Assembly (NCBI GenBank): GCA_965205975.1
Contig: OZ242195.1
Coordinates: forward strand, 5,152,001-5,216,000
Source of the DNA: Candidatus Latescibacterota bacterium
GTDB lineage: Bacteria > Latescibacterota > UBA2968
DNA: 64,000 nt
Reading direction: 5' to 3'
In this document: positions 57,196 to 64,000 of the stretch, one piece after another
Numbering within the stretch: the stretch's first letter is position 1
Layout: each line of letters starts with the position of its first letter
The notes under the pieces: generated by a model
The model's input: the letters and a program-made list of their open reading frames with translations, nothing else
Database searches by the model: none
Told to the model about the DNA's origin: nothing
Position numbers and translations under genes: made by a program

Positions 57196-59261
57196 TGGCG
57201 CATCTTATGAATTTAATCTCACATCGCGGTCTTTTCCTCATCATTTTGCTCATTGCCGATGTTTTGCTCATTGTGTTGGGCGCGGCCTGCTGGCTCATTA
57301 TGACATTGCCGAGGTTGCCCGATGATCCCGATAGCTTATTGGCGGAGTCCGGTATTAATATTTATGCAGCTTCTGGGGAGTTGCTCTATACGGTTAATCA
57401 GCGCGTGGGGCGCGTTGGTTTCGATGAGGTGCATCCGCATTTTGTTCAGGCTGTGCTATCTATTGAAGATGCGGATTTTTATCATCACCGCGGGTATAGT
57501 ATTAAGGGTATGGTCGGAGCTTTTTTTAATAATATTAGACACTGGGGCAGGGTGCGGGGCGGCAGCACGATCACGCAGCAGATTGTGAAAAATATATTTC
57601 TCACGCGAGAAAAGTTTTATGTGCGAAAGCTAAAAGAAATTCTTCTTGCTACGCAACTCGAAGCTCTTTTTGAACGTCACTACGGTGCGGGCTATAAAGA
57701 CCGATTGTTCGAGATTTATATCAATGGCAGTTTTTACGGTGCCAATGCTTATGGTATTGCCGATGCAGCGCAGACCTATTTTGGCAAGCGCGCTGCGGAT
57801 CTTACACTTCTCGAATCTGCAATACTTGCCGGGCTTCCCAATGCGCCGAGTGTGCTCAATCCCTTTCGCAAAGACCAATCGCGCGTTCTGGCGCGTGCCA
57901 GGCTTGTCTTAAACCGCATGCAGGCATTGGGTTTTATTAGTTCAGAGGAAGTACAGAATGCGCTGGCCTCGGAATTGCAACTCGTTTCGGAACGTATGCC
58001 CCAGAATCGAACGCCGTACTTTGTCGAGACGATTAAAGCGGAGGTTACACGCTTGTGGGGCGCTCAGGCGCTGAGTTTTGGCGGTCTGAATATTTATACG
58101 ACGCTCGATTTGTCTATGCAACAGGCTGCCGAGCGTGCCGTAGCCAGGGGTTTGGTCGATCTGGATGCGCGTTTGGGGTTTTCGGATTATGGCAGTGCGT
58201 CATCTGAACAGCGTGCCGATTATGTACAGGGTGCGTTGATTTGCCTGGATCCGCGCACTGGATATGTCAAAGCTATGGTGGGTGGGCGCGATATTTTTAT
58301 CAGTTATTACAACCGCGCCACGCAGGCGCAGCGTCAACCGGGTTCGAGTTTTAAGCCTTTTGTCTATTTGGCGGCTTTTGAGAGCGGTACTTTTTCGCCG
58401 GTTTCTCTTTTTCATGATACGTTGCGTACCTATCGCGTGAACGATGAGGACTGGACGCCTAAGAATTTTGCGGATAAATATCTGGGGCTTACGACTGCGG
58501 CGAATGCACTGGTCAAGTCGGCAAATGCGACGAGTGTGCAAATTGCAATGGATATTGGTCCCGAACGCATTGTCGATCTGGCCCAACGTCTGGGTATTCA
58601 GAGCAAGCTCAAACCGTATCCCAGTATTGCCCTGGGCGCGCAGGAGGTTACGTTGCTCGATATGGCGGTTGCCTATGGCGCGATTGCCAGTTATGGTTTT
58701 CGTGTGATGCCGACGTTTATTGCGCGGATTGAGGATACTACAGGGGAAATACACTATGAGCATCGGCCAAATCCCAGGCTTGTTATCGATCCCGAACAGG
58801 CGGTGATTATGGTCAATTTGATGCAGCATGTTGTTAATCGCGGCACGGGTCGCGCGATTCGCGCGTTTGGGTTTCAGGGTGCTGCCGCGGGGAAGACCGG
58901 TACGACAAATGACAATACGGATGCCTGGTTCACGGGGTTTACACCCGATCTGGTTGCGAGTGTTTGGATTGGGTTTGACAACCGCGAGGGCGGCCGTCGG
59001 CTGATCGAGAAGAGGAGCAGACGCCAGATTACCGGCGGGAGTGGCGCTGCACCGATATGGGCAGCGTTTATGAAGAGTGCAGGTAAACCCTCGCGGGACT
59101 TTATTACGCCTACAGGCGTTGCCGCACATACTGTGAATTTGCGGAGCGGTATTGCCGATACTTCTGATGGGGCTGTGACCCTCGTCCTGCCCGAAGGTGT
59201 GGTGCCCAATACACCGGCGGATACGTTGCGGTTTTTTAAAGAAATGGATATGAAACAATAA
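57195..59261 (+). CDS. Class A penicillin-binding protein (PBP1A family)
   Basis: EDADFYHH.G, GGSTITQQ, RKLKE (transglycosylase); GSSFKP, SAN, KTGT (transpeptidase). Confidence 0.95.
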   Translation: MAHLMNLISHRGLFLIILLIADVLLIVLGAACWLIMTLPRLPDDPDSLLAESGINIYAASGELLYTVNQRVGRVGFDEVHPHFVQAVLSIEDADFYHHRGYSIKGMVGAFFNNIRHWGRVRGGSTITQQIVKNIFLTREKFYVRKLKEILLATQLEALFERHYGAGYKDRLFEIYINGSFYGANAYGIADAAQTYFGKRAADLTLLESAILAGLPNAPSVLNPFRKDQSRVLARARLVLNRMQALGFISSEEVQNALASELQLVSERMPQNRTPYFVETIKAEVTRLWGAQALSFGGLNIYTTLDLSMQQAAERAVARGLVDLDARLGFSDYGSASSEQRADYVQGALICLDPRTGYVKAMVGGRDIFISYYNRATQAQRQPGSSFKPFVYLAAFESGTFSPVSLFHDTLRTYRVNDEDWTPKNFADKYLGLTTAANALVKSANATSVQIAMDIGPERIVDLAQRLGIQSKLKPYPSIALGAQEVTLLDMAVAYGAIASYGFRVMPTFIARIEDTTGEIHYEHRPNPRLVIDPEQAVIMVNLMQHVVNRGTGRAIRAFGFQGAAAGKTGTTNDNTDAWFTGFTPDLVASVWIGFDNREGGRRLIEKRSRRQITGGSGAAPIWAAFMKSAGKPSRDFITPTGVAAHTVNLRSGIADTSDGAVTLVLPEGVVPNTPADTLRFFKEMDMKQ

Positions 59262-59282
59262 CCCCGATGCAAAGGAGACACC

Positions 59283-59653
59283 ATGGAACCCTGGTCTTTT
59301 CTTCATATCTGCGATATGCAGCCCGGTTCGCCCCGGTCTTTTCGCTTTAATCAGCGAAATATGGACAATTGGCAGACGGCGTGTCCATTGTCCTCAGCGG
59401 ACATATTCACTGCCGCCGTCCGCCCCAGGTTGTTGAGGGTATTTCTTTTTACCGCTGCGCGGGTATAGCGATGCCCCAGGGGGCTGACCGATGGGACGAT
59501 GGCGATCCCACGTTGGGGTTCTATCGTTTTGACGTGACAGACGCTGATATAACCCCTACATTTATTCCTCTGATTGAGGAATCGCAATCCAACGAGGGTT
59601 ATGGTCCAGGGGGTCATCCCAGGCCTGAGGAACGCGATTATTCTCTCGCGTAG
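59283..59653 (+). pseudogene. Metallophosphoesterase with large internal deletion and frameshift
   Basis: Frame 1 from AAGGAG/ATG gives WSFLHICDMQPG (motif I); a different frame gives IVLSGHIH (motif V) and the C-terminus; motifs II-IV absent. Confidence 0.78.
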
Positions 59654-59671
59654 GAAAAATAGGAGTGTCTT

Positions 59672-61414
59672 ATGTCTGTTTTACATATTACGTCACCTGT
59701 TGCCCCTCCTGAGTGGGCACTTTTGCAACGGGAACTTATGCGCGCGCAGGCTACGGCGTGCGAGGTTTTTTATCACCGATATTTCGACGTCCGGGGGTAT
59801 CTCAAGTGCATTCCACGGTGGGGGGGTAACGATGGGCCAGATGATGCGATAGAAAATCTTACCGGGTATTCGATGGTGCATACGCTGGGTGGGCCAAAGC
59901 TTATGCTCGATCTTTACAAGCAGGCGTGGGAAGGGCATATTGAACAGTATTCCGAGGCGAAAACCGAGGTTGTGCCCATTGGACGCGATGGTATGTATTA
60001 CAAGGAGTTTCCCGCGTGTTTCGATTGGTTCCACCACGGGGAGTCGCTTACCATTTTTAATTTGCAGGGGCTGTCCGATCCGCATGAGGTTACTTTTGGT
60101 CATCGCGTGCGTCGGTACGCTGGTTTTTATATGGACGAAGATCCCCAGGCGAAGAATTATGATCCCGAGCATAAAGTAATCCGTAGTCTTTTCAATGGCA
60201 GCCGGGGACCTTTGTTGAGAAAAGCTACGGGTCTTGATTGGGCAGGGGATCCCTTTGAGGTTGAGGGGCGTTTTCCCGCGCCGCGCCACGGTGAGCGCAA
60301 TTTTGAAGAGATGCTTATGCATTTTGAAGATTATACCGATGTGATTGGCGATCATCCCCTGAATTTGGCGGCTACTACACTGGGTATCAATGCGTTTGCG
60401 CTGGCTGGTGAGGAGAAATACCGCTCATGGTTGCTGGGATACGTGGATGCGTGGGCTGAGCGCGCGGCTGAGAATAATGGTATTCTTCCGTCCAATATCG
60501 GTCTTGACGGTGCGATTGGCGGTGCGTGTGATGGCAAGTGGTATGGCGGCTGTTATGGCTGGGGATTTACTGTGGTTGTTCCGCAAACAGGCGCGCTTTC
60601 CAATCGCAATTCCATAGCCCGCGGCATTGCGGGGTTTGGCAATGCCCTGCTTCTGACGGGTGATTCCAAATATCCTATTGTCTGGCGCACTATGATCAAT
60701 GCGGTGAATAGCAATAGCAAGGATGTCGATGGGAAAGTACAATATCCGCATATGCACGGGGATGATGGCTGGTATAGCTATAGCTCCCAGCCCTTTAATC
60801 AGGGGGCGCTCGATGTGTATTACTGGACAATGGATGAGGCCGATCTTCAATACATTTCTTCAGATCCATGGATAGACTATCTCCGCGGGAATAATCCCGA
60901 CCATCCCACACGCACGTTGCGAAATGCTTTGAGCGCGATCCGCGGGAAGATGGAAAATGTGCGCAATGATACGTCTTCTACAGATACCCGCTTGTCCGAT
61001 GATCCATTGCCGTATAATCCAGCAACTACTGTGAATGCGCTTATACAGCTCCAACTGGGTGGTTTGGCGCCGCGTCACGGCGAACCCTTGCATTGTCGCG
61101 TGCGTTATTTTGATCCCGAGAATCGCCGTACTGGATTGCCGGCGGATGTGGCTGCTCTCGTCGAATCGTTGAGCGCGGATAGTGTTGTGCTGTCACTCGT
61201 GAATGTCAATCAGACCGAACACCGCGATCTCATTATACAGAGTGGGGCTTATGCAGAACACCAGATTACTGCCGCTGAGGTTGATGGCAGTATATCTGAT
61301 CTCGATGCATCGTGGATGTCCGTTCGCCTTGGTCCCGGTTGCGGCGCGCGACTTGCACTTAAAACAGAACGCTATGTCAATTCGCCCACTTTTGCGTTTC
61401 CATGGGAGAGATAG
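59672..61414 (+). CDS. Conserved hypothetical protein
   Basis: 580 aa ORF with AGGAG RBS; RWGGNDGPDD, DWFHHGE, RYFDP..RR.GLP.DVAALV blocks; function not recognised. Confidence 0.75.
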   Translation: MSVLHITSPVAPPEWALLQRELMRAQATACEVFYHRYFDVRGYLKCIPRWGGNDGPDDAIENLTGYSMVHTLGGPKLMLDLYKQAWEGHIEQYSEAKTEVVPIGRDGMYYKEFPACFDWFHHGESLTIFNLQGLSDPHEVTFGHRVRRYAGFYMDEDPQAKNYDPEHKVIRSLFNGSRGPLLRKATGLDWAGDPFEVEGRFPAPRHGERNFEEMLMHFEDYTDVIGDHPLNLAATTLGINAFALAGEEKYRSWLLGYVDAWAERAAENNGILPSNIGLDGAIGGACDGKWYGGCYGWGFTVVVPQTGALSNRNSIARGIAGFGNALLLTGDSKYPIVWRTMINAVNSNSKDVDGKVQYPHMHGDDGWYSYSSQPFNQGALDVYYWTMDEADLQYISSDPWIDYLRGNNPDHPTRTLRNALSAIRGKMENVRNDTSSTDTRLSDDPLPYNPATTVNALIQLQLGGLAPRHGEPLHCRVRYFDPENRRTGLPADVAALVESLSADSVVLSLVNVNQTEHRDLIIQSGAYAEHQITAAEVDGSISDLDASWMSVRLGPGCGARLALKTERYVNSPTFAFPWER

Positions 61415-61442
61415 ATTTAGAAATCAATAAAAGGAGTTTCTT

Positions 61443-62393
61443 ATGTCCAGGATTAATGTCGGTCTTGCTCGCCGCGAAAATCGCCGCCAGAATGTGTTTG
61501 GTACTCTCGATCTCATCCGCGATGATGTGGTTCCCAAACTGGCTGAGCAGGTGATGCTCAAACCCAATTTTCTTTCGTCTAAAAATCAACTGGCGTCTTC
61601 TCATCCCGATGCGATGCGAGGGGCGATTGATTTTTTGCTTACTACGCCCAAGCCACCGGATGAGATTCTCATTGCCGAGGGGGGTAACGAAGATATTCCG
61701 GGAGAGGCGTTTGATAACTTTGGGTATCGCGCTTTGAAAGAAGAATACGATGTTCCCATTCGACTTATTGATCTCAATTCTGAGACCCGGTGGGAGACTG
61801 TGCCGATTTTTCTCGATGACCGCACTGAATACGTTATACATATGCCCAAGACCGTGCTGGAGTGTCCCTGCACGATTTCAATGGCGGTTGCTAAGACACA
61901 CGATGTTACGGTTGTTACGCTCGCGCTCAAGAATATGATTATGGGTACGATCCGGAAAGAAGACCGGGTTAAGATGCACGGGTTTCCCTCGCATCCAGAA
62001 CGCCTGCGTCCCAATGAGTCCAAACGGCTCAATGTCAATCTCATTCGGCTCGCCAAATATCTGGCACCGGATATCGGCGTTATTGACGGTACTGTCGGTT
62101 TGCAGGGCAATGGTCCCGGGGGGACGGATTCGGTTGATCTGGGCGTTGCCGCGGCGAGTGTAGATGTTTTTGCTGTGGATGCGGTTATGACCAGTGTTAT
62201 GGGTTTTGAACCCGCGAAGCAGGGGTTGCTCTATTATGCCAATCAACTCGGCATTGGTGTGACCGATCTCAACAATATCGATATTCTCGAAACCGCTATC
62301 GAAGATGTCGCTATGGCGTTTAAGCCGCACAAGTGGATCGAAGAACAACGCCAGTGGCACGAACCAAATGCCATGGCTGATATTTTTGCGTGA
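61443..62393 (+). CDS. DUF362 domain protein
   Basis: LKPN, IAEG, AKTH...VTLALKN..MG, IDG..G.QGNGP, DVFAVD. Confidence 0.85.
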   Translation: MSRINVGLARRENRRQNVFGTLDLIRDDVVPKLAEQVMLKPNFLSSKNQLASSHPDAMRGAIDFLLTTPKPPDEILIAEGGNEDIPGEAFDNFGYRALKEEYDVPIRLIDLNSETRWETVPIFLDDRTEYVIHMPKTVLECPCTISMAVAKTHDVTVVTLALKNMIMGTIRKEDRVKMHGFPSHPERLRPNESKRLNVNLIRLAKYLAPDIGVIDGTVGLQGNGPGGTDSVDLGVAAASVDVFAVDAVMTSVMGFEPAKQGLLYYANQLGIGVTDLNNIDILETAIEDVAMAFKPHKWIEEQRQWHEPNAMADIFA

Positions 62394-63481
62394 TAGTACA
62401 GGAGCTTTTCTTGCCTACTATTGTCCTCATTGGCGGCGGTACCGCAGGGCATGTTACGCCCAATATCGCGCTGTTGCCCGCTTTGCGCGATGCTGGATAC
62501 GATGTGCATTATATCGGTACGCGGGACGGTATTGAGCAAGAACTGATCGCGCGGGAGGGCATTCCCTATTACGCGGTTCCCGCAGGCAAACTCCGCCGCT
62601 ATCTGGATTGGCAAAATTTTACCGATCTCGCCCGCATCAAGTTTGGGTTTCTCAAGTCGCTGTTGCTTCTCGCCCGTATTAGACCCGATATTGTTTTTAG
62701 TAAGGGGGGATTTGTCACGCCGCCTATTATCTGGGCTGCGTGGTTGCTGGGTATTCCCGTGGTGTGTCACGAATCAGATCTCACGCCGGGGTTAGCCAAC
62801 AAGCTGTCTCTCCCATTTGCAAAGCGCATTTGCTATGCTTTTGCGGAGACAGCTAAATATTTGCCTGCTGAGAAGGCGGTTCATACGGGTATCCCGGTTC
62901 GGACAGAACTGGGAGATGGAGATGCCCAGAGAGGGCGGGATTTGTGCGCGTTTGCGTCTGGGAAACCCGTTATTCTCATTATGGGGGGGAGTCTGGGGTC
63001 GCGTGCGATTAACGCGGCAGTTCGCGCTGCTCTCCCCGAGTTGCTTGTCGATTACCAGATTTGTCATTTGTGCGGACAGGGCAATCTCGATTCGGATTTC
63101 GAGCAGACCGAAGGCTACGCGCAGTTTGAATATGTCGCGGATGACTTGTCTCATATTTTTGCGGCGGCCGATTTTGTTGTTTCTCGCGCAGGTGCTACCG
63201 CGCTCTTTGAATTTCTCTCGCTTCAAAAACCCGCGCTTTTGATTCCCCTTTCCCTGCAAGCCAGTCGCGGAGACCAAATCGAGAATGCCGAAGCTTTTCG
63301 AAATGCCGGTTATAGCCACGTCCTCTCAGAAGAGGGGCTTACGCCCGATAGGCTTTGCAAAGCCATCCGCGATCTGAGCGATCAGTGTGACGCGCTCCGT
63401 CAATCCATGTCCGATTGGCGCAGGCGCGATGCTGTTGCGGAAATTCTCTCAATCCTCGCCGAGTATCTGAATAAGAATTGA
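62390..63481 (+). CDS. murG: Undecaprenyl-PP-MurNAc-pentapeptide GlcNAc transferase
   Basis: GGGTAGHVTP, GKLRRY, FSKGGFV, HESD.TPGLAN, GGSLGS, SRAGA, RGDQIENA; start may be TTG 62411. Confidence 0.95.
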   Translation: MIVQELFLPTIVLIGGGTAGHVTPNIALLPALRDAGYDVHYIGTRDGIEQELIAREGIPYYAVPAGKLRRYLDWQNFTDLARIKFGFLKSLLLLARIRPDIVFSKGGFVTPPIIWAAWLLGIPVVCHESDLTPGLANKLSLPFAKRICYAFAETAKYLPAEKAVHTGIPVRTELGDGDAQRGRDLCAFASGKPVILIMGGSLGSRAINAAVRAALPELLVDYQICHLCGQGNLDSDFEQTEGYAQFEYVADDLSHIFAAADFVVSRAGATALFEFLSLQKPALLIPLSLQASRGDQIENAEAFRNAGYSHVLSEEGLTPDRLCKAIRDLSDQCDALRQSMSDWRRRDAVAEILSILAEYLNKN

Positions 63482-63486
63482 TTACT

Positions 63487-64000
63487 ATGGCACAAGAAAG
63501 ACATCTATCTGTTGAACCCACCCGGTTTGTAAGAGAGGCCGTTACGCTGAAGTCCATTCTGGTGGGCATTGTGGTCATTCTGCTATCCGATGTCTATATC
63601 ACCTGGGGCATGGTGCATCTGGCGTCTCGTATGAATAAGTCCTATCTGCCGATGGGGCTGTTTTTTGTGTATGTGGTTCTGGTGTTGGTAAATATCGCGT
63701 TTGACCGGGCAAAGAGCAGGTGGGCACTTTCGCAGGCTGAGTTGCAAGTTGCGCTCGGTATGGGGTTGATTGGGGCGTTTTTCCCATTTTTTGGTCTGGC
63801 GAGTTTTTTGCCTACGGTGATTGCGGCGCCCTTTTATCTGGATACGCCGGAGAATGGCTGGCGCGAGCTTTTGCACGAGCATATTCCCAGGTGGATTGTT
63901 TTGCACAATGAAGATGGGGCGGCTACGCTGTTTTACGAGGGGCTTGCGCCACATCAGCCGATTCCGTGGGGTGCGTGGGTGGTGCCGCTTTTCTGGTGGG
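63487..64000 (+). CDS. Multi-pass membrane protein, DUF6785/OPT-like (runs off window)
   Basis: Manual translation MAQERHLSVEP...LSQAEL...PFYLDTPENGW...FYEGL...IPWGAWVVPLFWW; open to window end; not in the ORF track. Confidence 0.75.
   Translation, partial: MAQERHLSVEPTRFVREAVTLKSILVGIVVILLSDVYITWGMVHLASRMNKSYLPMGLFFVYVVLVLVNIAFDRAKSRWALSQAELQVALGMGLIGAFFPFFGLASFLPTVIAAPFYLDTPENGWRELLHEHIPRWIVLHNEDGAATLFYEGLAPHQPIPWGAWVVPLFWW

Noticed and set aside
1..64000. tRNA, rRNA or known riboswitch genes
   Set aside because: No recognisable cloverleaf, rRNA or canonical riboswitch consensus found by eye in the short intergenic gaps; a covariance-model scan was not possible

Overview
Gene-dense bacterial chromosomal window, about 60 CDS, with no rRNA, tRNA, CRISPR array or intact transposase/integrase recognised. 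The gene content suggests a Ca. Latescibacterota/Poribacteria-like, possibly sponge-associated, organism: four PhyH-type Fe/2OG dioxygenases, a GWxTD protein, a DUF6785-like membrane protein, a dockerin/EF-hand-like C-terminal tag, and heparinase- and apiosidase-like CAZymes. This assignment is inference only. Housekeeping genes (pyrH-like, purD, purE, glcB, coaX, trmB, PBP1A, murG) are interleaved with small accessory cassettes. These are a VapBC-like TA pair, a small-protein+HNH pair, a BstEII/EcaI-like type II restriction-modification locus with an extra MTase, an HTH/HicB-like/thermonuclease islet, and an ABC-type ATPase + PD-(D/E)xK-like nuclease pair (candidate unnamed defence system). 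The most unusual locus is a tightly coupled minus-strand run at 40.5-45.7 kb: transporter, canonical HxD Fe/2OG dioxygenase, HxG (halogenase-type motif) Fe/2OG enzyme, Tm-1-like ATP-binding protein, TIM-barrel protein. Also present are a GDP-mannose 3,5-epimerase/GHMP kinase/nucleotidyltransferase trio, tandem diversified solute-binding proteins, several pseudogene scars and REP-like palindromes. All family assignments come from motif recognition by eye; no database searches were run.
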